This document shows positions 38,463 through 50,827 of a DNA stretch of 64,000 nucleotides, piece after piece. How positions within the stretch are numbered: position 1 is the stretch's first letter; every line of letters begins with the position of its first letter. This stretch comes from Phaeosaccion multiseriatum (taxonomy: Eukaryota > Protista > Ochrophyta, other classes), in assembly GCA_965112735.1 (NCBI GenBank), contig OZ218950.1:5022001-5086000 (forward strand). The letters are read 5' to 3'. The notes beneath the pieces were generated by a model. That model did not search any database, was not told where the DNA came from, and was given only the letters and a program-made list of their open reading frames with translations. Made by a program: the position numbers and the translations under genes.

Positions 38463-39711
38463 TGGCCTGCCTCTGGTCGTCTATTGGTCGATTGGTCGGT
38501 TGGTCGGTTGGTCAGTTGGTCAGTCTCGCAACGACACAAGAGTCCACAAGAGGCGAGGGGCTGAAGGAGGGGCCTCGCTCAGGGAGGACATGGTGTCAAA
38601 TGCATATAAAGATGGGGAGAGAGGGATGGGTGGCTGGGAGGAGGGGAGGAGGAGGGCGTGATTTTGGTATGCTTTCCCGCGCGTTTTTCGGCGGAGCGCG
38701 AGAGATAAGAGACGTCGTGAACCGAAAGGAGATAAGAGACCTTCGTTTACCAAGAGGAGGGAGGGGCAGTGCCTATCTATATCTGTGTGCAGTCACAGAG
38801 GGAGGCAGGGGGGGGGTGGAGAAGAACGCTTGCTTGTTTATGGTTTCAAATATATATATACGTCGTGCCCGTGCGTATCATAAGATGTTGGTAACTGCCT
38901 CCGTGGCCGACATACCCTTAGTATTCCCTATTCCCTGCCCAAGAAATGCCTTGGCAAAGCTGAAGGGAGGCTTGTTGCTTCCATGGACTCCAATCGAGTC
39001 GGAAACGCGTGGCACGCGGCCGACAAGAGAGGAGACACTGAAAAAGTTTTCAGTTTCAAGTGCGACACTGTCAGTTTCCAGTTTCAATTGCACAAGTGCG
39101 ACACAGCGACAGCGACCACGCGATATTGCTAGCCCACCATTTAGATAAACACCCAGTTAACCCCCTCCCCCCTAACTTCCATAGCGAGTTCGAGCATGCG
39201 CATCGTGTTGCCCTCGTCGAGACAACGAGACAAGTCAAGTCAAGTCGAACGAAAAGCCGGCATCGCTGCCTCCTGCAACCTCTATCAAGTTCAGTTCTAT
39301 GGCAGCCTAACAAACTGAAACTCCTGCTCCTTACGTAAGGGTGTCTTGTAATCTACTAGAGCCCCCCCCCCCCCTAAATAAAGTGCCTTTATCACCGAGT
39401 TGAGCAGTTTTGGTTACGCGTCCCAGGTAGGGGTGGGTAAGGGGAGTGCAACAAGACACTCAGAATCTTTGGTAACATTAGTGGCAAGGTTTTGCTTTTA
39501 TGTGTCTTGGTCAGAGGTGAGTGATCTCTCTCATGTAATACTGCTATGGTTACTACTACTACCACTAGTTATTTGCAAAAATGTGCCCGCCCATGCCGTG
39601 CTAGCGACAAACCAGCAGGCAGGGCAGTGGGGGGGGGAAGCAAAAAGGGGGCGAAAAGAGCAACATCGGTTTGGCTCGCCTGGCTGCTGCTTAGCTACAA
39701 CAAGCAGCGCC

Positions 39712-40079
39712 TCAGCAGTAGCGCGGCTGATCTTGTTCGAAGGATGATGGCTTGGGCCTCTTGTTGGGCTGAGACTGGCTGGGCGACAGCGGAAAGAGGG
39801 GCGTGTGCGTGTGCGTGTGCGTGGGCGCGTGCGTGTCCTCCGAACCGCCTCCGAAGGGGGTGACGGACAGCCTCACCCACGCTGACCCGTCGGAAGAGCC
39901 GCTCGCCGCATTGGAGGTGCCAGCAGGGGCGGCAGAGTGATTGCTGGAAGCTCTCACAGCAGTGGTGGTGGAAGTCGAGATGACCCTGGCTTGTTGGTGG
40001 TACACATGTCCTGTCGCGTCCATCGTGGGGCCCGTCAGGAGGTCTCCGGGACGTTGCAGCTGGGGAGGGAGGAACAGAA

Positions 40080-40126
<47 letters not shown>

Positions 40127-40808
40127 GACTGCTGTTGTTCCTGCGGTTCCTGCGTCAACAAATGCCGCTCTTGCTGCTGCTGATGTTGCTGTCGCCGATG
40201 GTCTTGGTGCTGCTGTATCATCACCTGCTGCAGACTGAGGTGCTGCTGTTGCTGCTGATGTACGACGCTGCCATGCTCGCCGCCGCTTGCTTGTTGTTTG
40301 CCTTCTTGCCAGTGGGGCGTGAAAGATGGCCCACCAGTGAGTGACCCAGGGGGGGACACTGCAGGCTGATGGGTGCTACAGACAGGAGCTGCGGCCTCCG
40401 CCTCCCCCGGGTAGTTGTCGCCCATCATGCTGGGGTCGGAGAGGCCGAGCAAGCGCGGGGAGCGAGACAGCACCGAGGAGGGGGGGGGGGAGAACGAGGA
40501 GAAGGAGGAGGAGGAGGAGGAGGAGGAGGAGGAGGAGGAGGAGGAGGAGGAGGAGGAGGAGGAGGAGGAGGAGGAGGAGGAGGAGGGCGAAGACGACGAC
40601 GACGACGAGGATAGGCCGCACGACGTCGCCATTGTTTTGGTGGTGGGGTTGGGGCCGAGACCACCCAAGGTCGGCGACACGCGTCTTTCTGCCCCAAAGC
40701 CTTGAACGTGGGTGGTGTTGTTGGGATAGCGGTAATGACTCGGCCCAATGGCAGTCGCAGCGAAGCGGGGGGTTGTAGGGTTGTAGCCGTTGTCGTCGTT
40801 TTGGCCTC

Positions 40809-40851
<43 letters not shown>

Positions 40852-42081
40852 CGACTGCTGCTGTTGCTGCTGTTGCTGCTGCTGCTGCCTCCGGCCCATC
40901 GCCGCCGCTCCACCAGCGCCACGTCGTTGCCCGCCATGCTGCTGCGGTGCCTGCGAAGTGATGCCATTGCTGTCCACCTGCTGCTGGTGAGTGGGGCCAC
41001 TGCTGGTGTGGACGAGCTCCGTGGTTGCTGTGATCGGCGGACACCAAGCCGGCGAAAGGGCTCTACAAGCGGTGCCGCCAGGAGGGGCATCAAGAGGGCG
41101 GGGGGATAGGAGGGGAGTGGTGGATGTGATTCTTGCATCTCTTCCTCGTGTTCCTCCTCCGCCTCCTCCTCCTGCTGCTGCTGCTGCGGCTGCTCCTCCT
41201 ACTGCTTCCGTCCTCCTCGGTGCGTCTGGTGGGGGCGCGTCAGAGAGGGGACGGTACATAGTGTTGTAGAAGTAGGGGCTGTTGTCGTTGGTGTGCAGCA
41301 GCAGACCAGCGAGACTCTCCGCCCCCCCTTCCTCGTCTCCTGCCGACGGCTCCGTGAGCGCGAGCCTACTACTACTATCGGACGAAGACAAGGTAGGGAG
41401 AGCTTCTTCTCCTCCTTGTTCGTCACCTGCCATGGGAGCGATGCTTGTGAGGCTTGCAAGGGAGTCTGCCGGCACGTGGTAGTGATCGAAGACGTGAATC
41501 TCATGCCTTGCGGAAGTAGCACTACTTTGTTGACCCGCAGGCCCAACTGCCGCCGTACTACCAGTGCCATATGCACCACCATGACGGCCTTGCTGTTCTG
41601 ACGAGTCAAGCACCCCGTCGCCCTTGACCACCACCCTCTTTTCTTGGCGCTCCTCCTTGTTCTCCTCCTCCTCCTCCTCGTCGTCGTCGTCCTCGTCCTC
41701 GTCCCCCTCATCCTCCTCCTCGTCCTGAGTCTCTTTCTCCCTCCCCTCATCCTCCTCTTGTACAAAACGCTGATCATGTCGCAGCAGCTGGTGATTAGGC
41801 GACCCTCCAGACCCGACACCCCTCCTGCTGCTGGTCCTGGTCCTGGTCCTGGTGCACGTGCTGGTGCAACTACTACTACTACTTCTTCTACTACTGCCAC
41901 TACTACCACTACTACTACCCACCATGACCATGTCGCCGCTCACGCCTGGCAGGGCCCGGGCTCTAGCGCCTGACGCTCCTCCTCCTCGTCGGACAGCAGC
42001 AGGTCTGGCAGTGGTTGTGCCCCCCCTCCTCATCCCGACCCTTGCTTTCTTGGTAGTCAAGGCGCTCCTCAACATACTGAG

Positions 42082-42128
<47 letters not shown>

Positions 42129-42402
42129 GACCCGATGCCTGCATTCGAGCTGTAGGTTTTCTGTCCCGCGGGCCCACGCAATGATGCCCCTCCCCCTCTT
42201 CCTGCTCCTCGCGCTCGACGCGTTCCTCTTCTTCCCGTCCGCCGCTCATCTGCTGGCGTCCTTGCCGTCGTTTGCTGCCCTTTGATCTCTTCGGTAAGAA
42301 AGCGTGACCGCACTGCAGGCATTCTTTGCAGGCGCTCTTCTCTACGCTCTGGCAGTTCGGGCATCTCTTGCGCCCCTTCCCCACCTTCTCCTCTTGTTCC
42401 AT
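39712..42402 (-). CDS. Protein with N-terminal zinc ribbon (UPF0547-like) and a long Q/S/E/G-rich disordered region
   Basis: About 2.7-kb open frame. KRCPNCQSVEKSACKECLQCGHAF is flanked by basic NLS-like residues. The 3' end is uncertain (possible donor at ~39875). Confidence 0.6.
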
Positions 42403-42859
42403 GTTCCTAGCTAAGCTAGCTGAGTGCTGCCCACTCTGGGAGCGAGGACCCAGCAGGCAGCTTTGATTTGACTTGATCTCGTTCTCCAACGGCTACCTAG
42501 GTATGGTTAACTGATGAGAGGAAAGCCAGCGTGTCGGCCCGGTGGACGTGCCTTTGGAATGAATAGAAGGCAAACGTACCCCTCAACCGATCCGCTGCTG
42601 CCCATACTGGAGTGACGAGCGATGACTCCCTAGAGTAACGGGCTTCTCCTTCCAGACCCCCCATGGTGATGAACAGTCTTCCGTCCCCCCGCCGTGCCCC
42701 CGGCCCGAGCAGACGCAAAATGTCCCCTAGCTGCAGCTCGCAATCAACCACGAGTAGGTTATTAGAGCGCGATATTCAAATTCGATAATTCTAAACCCCC
42801 TCGCCCTTTTTTTTTTTTTTTTTTTTTTCCTTCTGTCTTTGCTTGCCTTACTTGCACAG

Positions 42860-43890
42860 GCGTACGTCATCGGCACCCACCTCGTCGTGTAGTAGCTATG
42901 TCGTGGCCAATGACCACAGCATCATCTACAAAGTCCTTGTCGAGGTGCCCAAGGAGACCAAGGGGGGGACTAAGGCTCTCGCGCCTTTCGAGCACCTCGT
43001 GTCGTGGGCCCATGCCACTTCGGAGAAGAAGCCAGCAGGAGACTTGGTCATTGACCTTCCAGCTGGTGCGGAGTTCACCCAAGGACGAAGAGGTGATCAT
43101 TAGGAGCCATCTGCCCATGTGGCTTGCCTTGCAAGAGCAGATTCGGAGGCGAGATGGTGTCCCCATTCCTGCCCAGAGGCTTTGCCGTCATCTGATCCAG
43201 CTTCTGTACTCCCGGACAAAGGAGGGGTGGACGGCCACACACAATGCCGTCAAGTGTTAACGAAGGAAAACCTCGCGCAACGTGGCAGCAGAGCGTGGTG
43301 CTTTCGATACTGCAGAGCCTCATATCACCAACGCCTTCCTCGTCTTCCGCATGCGTGAGGTAGGCGCTGAGCACCTCCAAACAGGCCAATACCGTGGGAT
43401 GAGCGGGCACCGCCGTCAGCTCAACAGGCTCTGAAGCCTGGCGGAGTTCTCCTACGCCGCGGGGTTCCAGCTGTTGGAGGAATCTCAGAGGGACGCGCCA
43501 AGTCCAGAGGACGGGAAGGCAGGGGGTAGGCAGCAGGGTGTGCTCAGTCAGCGGGCAATGAGGAGGATCACAGCTGCTCGAGGAAGAAGGGCAGCTCGGC
43601 CGGAAGGGTGCCGCCGGGCTCGCGCGTCTGTGCCCCCCCTTCGAGGTACAAGATGTCGTACTTCAACGAGGGCGAATAAATTCAGACTCAACCACTCCGT
43701 CGACCACTTCCCGCAGAAGATGTCGCACAGGGCGGGAGCGGACGGCGTGCCCAAGCAGAGTCCCCTTTGCCATTACTGCGAAGAACAACGGTCTAGGTAT
43801 CACTGTCCCACATGTAGAGTGTACCTCTGCATCGACGGCTCCAATGGAGGGGAGGCGTGCCTCCGGAGATGGCACACCCGCAAGCGACTC
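42860..43890 (+). mobile_element. Degenerate piggyBac-like transposase remnant (C-terminal half, frameshifted)
   Basis: Joining frames gives LLYSRTK/GGVDGHTQ (compare piggyBac YNxxKGGVDxxDQ, third catalytic Asp), ITNAFLVFRM (compare NAYI/NAFI motif) and a C-terminal Cys-rich domain CHYC..RYHCPTCRVYLC..CLRRWH. Confidence 0.75.
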
Positions 43891-45041
43891 GATGGAGCTG
43901 CGGGATGTGCGGTCCAGAGAGGGTACCCTACTCCAGCAGGGAAAAGCGGGAGAGGACGAGGGGGGGCGAGTGGAGGAGGCGGAGGAGGAGCCAACCGACG
44001 GCACAGCGCCCCTGTGGCAGGCGCAGGTCAGGGAGGGAGGGCACGGTGGGGGCGCCCAGAAGACAGCCATACCGGCTCGACGAGTGCAAGCAGCTGCACG
44101 TGGGGAGGAGCACCCGCAACGACGTCGGGGGGGGGGGGGCAGTGGCGCTGGAGGAAGCCCCCATCACACGCTTGCCCGCCGCCGCTTAGGAGGGGGCAGC
44201 GGAGGACGCACTGGTGGTCGCGGAGGAGGTGACTGCGCAGGAGGGGGTGACGGCGGATCCGTCTCGAGCAATTGCAGTGGTAGTGGTGGAGAAGGAAGAA
44301 GGGTGGACGGAACAAGCAAGGGGAGGAGGAGAGACTCTGCAGGAGGGGAGGAGAGGCGCGGGAGAGGAGGAGACGGTGTAGGGGCGGCAGGGACATCACG
44401 CGCCAGAACGCGTCGGCCGAGGGGCGGCAGTGGAGGTGGGTCCAGCGGCATAAGGGCAGCAGCGGAACGAGCAGTGGTGGCAAAGCAGCCAGCAGAGGGG
44501 GTTGCTGGTCGGGATGTAGGGAAGAAGGCGAGTTCCAGACAGCAGCGGCGGCGGCAGAAGGAGGACGCGACGCTCTCGGACGAGCACTTCAGTCAGGAGT
44601 CGAATGAGGAGCTCGCGACGACCGTACAGTAGAGCCGGAAGCCGACAGCCGCGGCCAGTGCCACAGCACGAAGAAGGGGGAAGGGTGGAGGTGGAGGGCG
44701 CAGCGGACCGACAAGTACAACGGGCGGGCGACACGCGTGTGCGGCCGCAGGTGGCGGGCAAGCGTGCCGTATGCCCATGATGGAAGAGAACCCTCTCTCT
44801 CTAAGACAAGGTTATCTGATTACTGATTACGGCGCCAGCCGGCCTGATTACTGATTATGGCCGGCCCCACTGATTATGACATGATGACCGCCCCGAATGG
44901 TTTTGGCCATGGTCTTTGCAATTGGTTTTTGGGCCAGTTTGTGTGTCGTGTGGAAAGTAAGTCAACAAAAACCCCTCCGGGCGGGCGGCCGCCGGCTTGT
45001 CTCTCTCTCTCTGTGTGTCTTAATCGTTTCTTCACTTCACG

Positions 45042-46850
45042 ATGGGAGGGATAGACTACCAACACATCCAAAAAGCCAAGGTGCAAGGCAGGCTTCGTAA
45101 GAAGCTTGCCGAGAAGGAGCAGCAGCAGCAAGAGGACAAAGCGGAGGTCGCCCACCCAGAGGCCCCTCCTCTACCTCCTCCTCCTCCTCCTCTTCTTCCT
45201 CTGCAAGCGGACTTTGAGCCTGCGGAAGCGTTTGATGGCCCCCGAAAGGGCCATGTATTTCGAGCTGGGGATAAGGGCATGGGATATTACAGGGACGACG
45301 GTGGAAGCGACGGTGGCGGCAGCAGCTCAACTAGCGGCGGTTCCGTGGAGGACCAACGGAATGAGACGCTCAAGGCTGCCGAAGAAGCCATGGCCGCAAT
45401 TCAGTTAGAGCAGGAGCGGCTGGAGAAGAAGGCCGGGGCGCAGAAGAGTGGCAAAGCAATCGCCACGGAAGACATGAAGGAGCAGGTGTGTGCGTAGTGG
45501 GTCGGACTGAAATGCGTTTGGAAAGGGTCCGCGTCGTCGTCATGCTCTGTCCGTCTTATGCGGCACTCCTCCGCTTCTCCGCTCTTCCAGGCCAGCAAGG
45601 TGTGCGGCGTGGGTAAGGTTAGAGTGACCACCGCGGACGGTAGTGCGGACATTACCCCTCAGGAGAAGGCGAGGCTCAACGCCGCAGTGGGCACCGGAAA
45701 GGCGCAGAATGTCCGAGCGTGGACCAACACGGAGGGGCAGGAGCTGGTGATTGACGACTCCGTGGTGAGTCGGGAAGACGGAGCCAAGATGGCCCTGGTC
45801 TTCTCGGGCTGCAAGGGGTGCAAATACGTCATCTCTTGCTGCTGTGCCAAGGTGTTTCTGAGGGGCTGTGTGGACACGGAGGTCATCATCACAGAGGAGG
45901 CCCGAGTCCTCACCCAGACACTTGAGGTGGAGTACTGCCAAAGAACAATGCTGCGGGTGCGGTCGAGGATTTGCACTGCACAAATCGAGCAGTGCTCGGG
46001 CATTATATTCGACATTGCCAAGAGGGAGTATATGGGCAACAAGACCATGCTGCACAAGGGCAAGGAGCTAAGACAGGACGGTATGCTCATCTGGGCGGGC
46101 TGCAGGTGGGTAGACCTCTAGTCCTAAAGTCCCCTGACCCGAGCGCTCCAACCATTACCCTCTGAGCCTTTTACTCAACCCCCCCCCCCCTGTCTCTCTC
46201 TCGCCCTCTCCTCTCTCTGCCTCTCTCTCTCTCTCGTCAAGTGACCTCCGGTTCCGGGTGGGGCAAGAGGCGTTAGTTTGCGACTATGCCCTGGAGGCAA
46301 GCATGGACAAGACCGTCCACAAGGAGAGGACGCAGTTCAAGGTGCACTACAACTCGCTCAACAAGCTCATTAGCGAGAAGGTCACCCGGTAAGCAGCTGT
46401 AAGCGGGGTAGGAGCATGGGAGAGGGAGGGGATTAGCATGGAGGAGGGGGTGGAGGAGCATGGAGGGGGGAGGGAGGGTTGGAGAAGGTTGTACCGGTTG
46501 TACACGATTCCACCTCCCTACCCCATACTCCTCCCTTGCTCTTGCCAAAGCCCCCCATCACTCTTGCTCACCCCCCATCCCCCCTTGGTCGATGCAGAAT
46601 GCCATAACTCTCTCTCTACTCTACTCCCTCTCCTGCCTCCCACCCTAACAGGCTCATCAACGGCTTCCCCTCCACGGCGAGAGAGGAGGAGGAGTTTGCA
46701 CGGAGGGAGAACGCCCAACTGCAGGAAGTTGCACAGCGGATGGGCGTGGCCATCCGCCGGAAGGAGGACGTCATCGGAGCGAGGGTCAAAGTCAATGACC
46801 CGTGCTCCTGCGGCTCAGGCAAGAAGTACAAGAAGTGCTGTCTCAAGTAG
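45042..46850 (+). CDS. CAP C-terminal-like (CARP beta-helix) protein with C-terminal SEC-C zinc-binding motif, 4 exons
   Basis: Beta-helix-like repeats (LVFSGCKGCKYVI..KVFLRGCVDTEVII..LEVEYCQRTML..QIEQCS), LIWAGC, RLINGFPSTARE, and terminal NDPCSCGSGKKYKKCC; introns about 45486-45590, 46106-46241 and 46389-46651. Confidence 0.75.
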
Positions 46851-47207
46851 GGAAGGAAGGGGACGCAGAGAAAAAGAAACAGACACAGACACAGACAGGT
46901 AGACACACGCACCTTTCCCGCCATTGTTGGGGATGATGTGGAGGAGCCTCTCTCTACAAGGTCACTTTGGGCTCTCTCTCTCTCTCGCTGGCTTTCTCTT
47001 ATGAGTCAGTGTATGTAAACGCGGCAAGAAGGGAGAAGAGGTTTTGCCATCAAGTGGCACAAGAAAAGTCACGCCACTACTCTTTTAAAATTAAAATTAA
47101 TTTTAGTCTTTTGGGGAAGGGAAAATTCGTACATACATAGCACATGGAAGACAGGGCAACAACAGCTACATATGCGCCTACCCTGCTGCCCTGCCCTCCC
47201 CACTTGT

Positions 47208-50200
47208 TTAGCCGCGTCTCCGCCTGGGGTTGGCGGGGCACTTCTCCATTAGGTGGTCTCTCCACAGCCCCTCGTCCTCCAGGCTACCCACGTCCGCGAA
47301 GCACAAGGGACAGATGCTGCCCGGCCCGTAACGAGGGGGTCGGCAAAATTCGCTCCTCTGCCACGCATCCATCTCCCGAAACTTGATGGCCAGCAGACTC
47401 ACTTCGCACTCCACATACTGCTCTTTGGACCCCTCGCACTCTTCCAGCAGGTGGTCCGGTAGCGATGTAATCTCTATAATCTGATTGCACTCCGTGCACC
47501 CCATGAGCATGGGGCAGTCCTGCCAGTAGTGCACGTCCTTGTCGCTTTCGGTAAAAGAAGGGTCGAAAAGCCCGCAAAACTCACACATGCGTTCGTCGCT
47601 TTCCCCTACTGCTGCGGCGGCTCCTCCCCCCCCTCCTGCTGCTGCTGCTACTGCTGCCTCCCCCTCGACGGCTGGGCCTCCTTTGGACTTGTGGTCCTGA
47701 CGACCCGCAGAGCGGGGGGGGGTCGCCGATTTCGTTCCGCTTGGGGGGGAAGAGGAGGAAGCAGCACTGCTGCCCTTAGCAGCGCCCCCCGCACCATTCC
47801 CTCCCCTCTTCGCGCTCAGCGGCTGCTGCTGGTGCTGCCGCTGCCCCCCCTTCGAGTCAGCCCCTGCTCCTACCCCTCCTCCCTGCCCTCCCCTGCCTCC
47901 CCCTCCTGCGGCCTGCCTGAATGCCTCCTCGTACTCGTCCCTCTGCTTGGGCCGGAGCTTCTCCAAGTGCCGCTGCACGTCGTCCCCTACTCTGCGATAG
48001 ATGGCCACTGTGAGCTCTCTCGCCGCGTCTCGAACGCCCCCGTTGCTGTGCGTAAAGCCCGTGCAGCTTGCCACGAACCCCATCACCGTGTCCACCGACA
48101 GTGTCGCCCCTCCAGCACTGCCACCACCACCACCACCACTGCTGCTGCCGCTACCGACAATACCGTACTCTGATACCAGGTTTGTGAGAAGCACAAGCCT
48201 CGCCAGAAGCGGCCTCCAAGCCGTCTTTTGCTTGGGTGGTAGCGGTTTACACGCCAAGTTCCCAACAAACGTCGGTCCGACTGTCCTGCAGCGAGCCATG
48301 CTCATGAGTCCATCCATCGCACCCTCGCGCACCCGAGCTTGCCCATCCCCGAGCTTGAGGAGAAGCACGCGGGCGGTGGGCTCGAGAGCCGATGCGAGGG
48401 TGTGGTACTTGATGTTACGGCTTCGCTTTAGGTGGTCCATGAGCGTGTCCAAAAGCTCCAGCGAAGCGCTAAACACCTGCGCAATCTTGTCCTCCACTCC
48501 TGCGAACAGAACTGAGACAAGGGCAAGGAAAGGAAGAAAGGAAACGGGTCGGTGTTTCATCAGGAAGACCTCAACAATAGGGAGGAAGGTCGTCTGACAC
48601 AATCCACGGAAAGCAGAGGGAGAGAGAGAGGAGAGAGGGGAAAGAGACAAACAACGCAATCCGGAGGGAGGCCGGGCGGGAGGCCGAGACAGTATCCGCG
48701 GAGAGAGAGAGAGAGGGAGATGGAGAGAGAGGCGCGGAGTCTGGACGCCCCCCATGCCCACTTCCTCCTTCCCTGCCCCCCCCCCCAGCAATCTCCACCC
48801 CGAAAACACCGAGGGCGTGGGTCCCGCTCGCCCTACCTTACCTTGGATGACCGGTACAAGAACAACGTCCAGCCCGGCCTCGTCCTCCAATTCCGGCAGC
48901 AAGAGCCGCATCTTATGCACCGCAGCCGACCGAAACTGCCACGTGTTGCAGTACAAACACCTCACCACGTACTCCCCCACCACGCCGCTGAGCTCTTTGA
49001 CGCTACTCAAGTCCACCTTGCTGCTCAAAGGCTCGGGATTCTTGCCCACCAAATCTTCAAAGTTCGGAACTCCTTGCAAAGGGTGCTTGCCTGGGGGGAA
49101 GGACTCCACCCCACCCCCACCTCCGCCTCCGGCGCCCCCAAAGCTCCGCCCCCCTCCTCCTACAGACTCGTCGTCGCTAGCACCACTCCGTGCTGAGTCC
49201 CGTCTGCCCGACAGGGCTCCGGCAGGCACGTCCTCCGCGTCGGCGGCGCGAACGTCAGGATACCCCCTCTCCGCCCCTCCCTTACCCCCCAGCGGCTGCT
49301 CCATCGGGTCAGCCCCACTGTATCCTCCTCCTCCTCCTCCTCCTCCTCCTCCTCCTCCGGACTCGCCATTTGCATCTTGGCGATGAGGCCCTGGAGAAGG
49401 CGTATTCCAGTCCCCTCCGCCCCCTCCGCCCCCCCCTTTCCCTCTCCCACCACTCCCGGTGGACCCGTAGCTCTCCTGCATCGCGCCTCCCTCTTCCCTG
49501 CCGTAAGCGCTCCTCCCCCCCCCCGACATGGGCCTGCTGCTGCTGGCCTGTGGCTGACCTCCCCCTCCCCACCCTCTCTCCTCTCCGTGCGGCTGCAGCA
49601 GCCGCTCCTGCTGCTCCTGCTGCTCGTGCTGAGGCGCAGGTGGAGGGGCGGCCCTCTCCATCAAGTCTCTAAACTCCCCAGTGGCAAGGCTGTCCTCAAT
49701 CTGGTCCCGCAGAGACAAAATCTCCTCCTTCAACAACTTGGCTCTATCGTAATCCTCGTCTTCCACCGCCTCTCTTTTGGCGATTTCTAGCTGCGCCAAT
49801 CGACTGCCCAGCTGCCGGAGCTGCACCTCTGCCTGCTTGAGCAGCTTCGCTGTATCGAAGTCCTCCTGCTCCACCGCCGCCAGCTTGGCTGCGTGGATCT
49901 CGCGAATGCGCCGTGCGGTCTCTGGGTCTGCGCTCCCACAGCAGAGAGGGGGGGGGGGGGGGGCAGCACGTTGGATACTAGGTTATGCCCAGGGCACGCA
50001 GACAATACCTATGGTGGAGAAAGGAGATATTAGAGCAAGAGAGGGAGAGCTTCTACATGGAGCACAAAGTAGCCCAAAAGCAAACGGCGTGGGGCATTCT
50101 TCCTTGCCGCAAGCACACACCCCTCCCTCTCTCTTCTCCTCTCTTCCATCTTACCGAGGTTCATATCGAAGGACAAGTCGTCCATGTCTGTGGGCTTTCT

Positions 50201-50827
50201 CTGACTCCCACCCAGTCCTTCCCCTGGCGCCCCTGGCAGGCTCTCTCTCCACTGACCTTCCATACCGTTTCGCGAGCCCCTGCTCCCTCCCCTGCTGCTG
50301 CCCCCTCCCCGCAGGTGGTGGGCGCCCATCGCCACCATCGACTGCTCGTGCAGCTCTGCCGCAGAGAGCGGAATACCCAGGAGATTGATGGCGATGATAC
50401 CCACTTGATTGTACAGGTTGTGCTCGTTGATGTAGCACTTGTGCACAACGAGGCGAATGTGCGTCCCTGGGGCGTCAATGTACACGCTCTTGAGCTCCCT
50501 CGCCTGGTAGTCGCTGCGCTCATTTGAGTTTAGACTCAGGTACCCCAGCCGGGTGAAGGTGCAGTCTTCGTACGTGTCCCCCACCCCAACGAACAGCTCT
50601 ACGCGTGTGGGTATCTTGCTCTGATGGGACAGGATTTGCAACTGCTTTAGCCTCACAGGTTTCTCCAACTTGAGGCCGAGCTCGAGCGGGTAGTTGCAGA
50701 ATTGATGACTTTGCCACCCCTTGGTATGGGGACTGTGGACATTGAGCTCCGTAGCCGGGAAGTCCGCATCCTCCCCGCTGCACGAGCACACAGTGAAGCG
50801 ACACTTCTCGCCCTTCGGCTCGCCCAT
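47208..50827 (-). CDS. CEP104: Centrosomal/ciliary-tip protein CEP104 (FAP256), 3 exons
   Basis: N-terminal jelly-roll (CSGEDADFPATELNVHSPHTKGWQS..LQILSHQSKIPTRVE..RLGYLSLNSNERSDYQARELKSV..NLYNQVGIIAIN), UVR-like coils (AVEDEDYDRAK), TOG domain (WQFRSAA, DKIAQVF, HSNGGVRDAA) and a C2HC zinc-finger array (CEFCG..HYWQDCPML..C..C..HLLEEC..CPLC..HLMEKCPANPR). Confidence 0.95.

Noticed and set aside
38878-39093. 71-aa minus-strand ORF with normal composition
   Set aside because: No recognisable motif or splice context.
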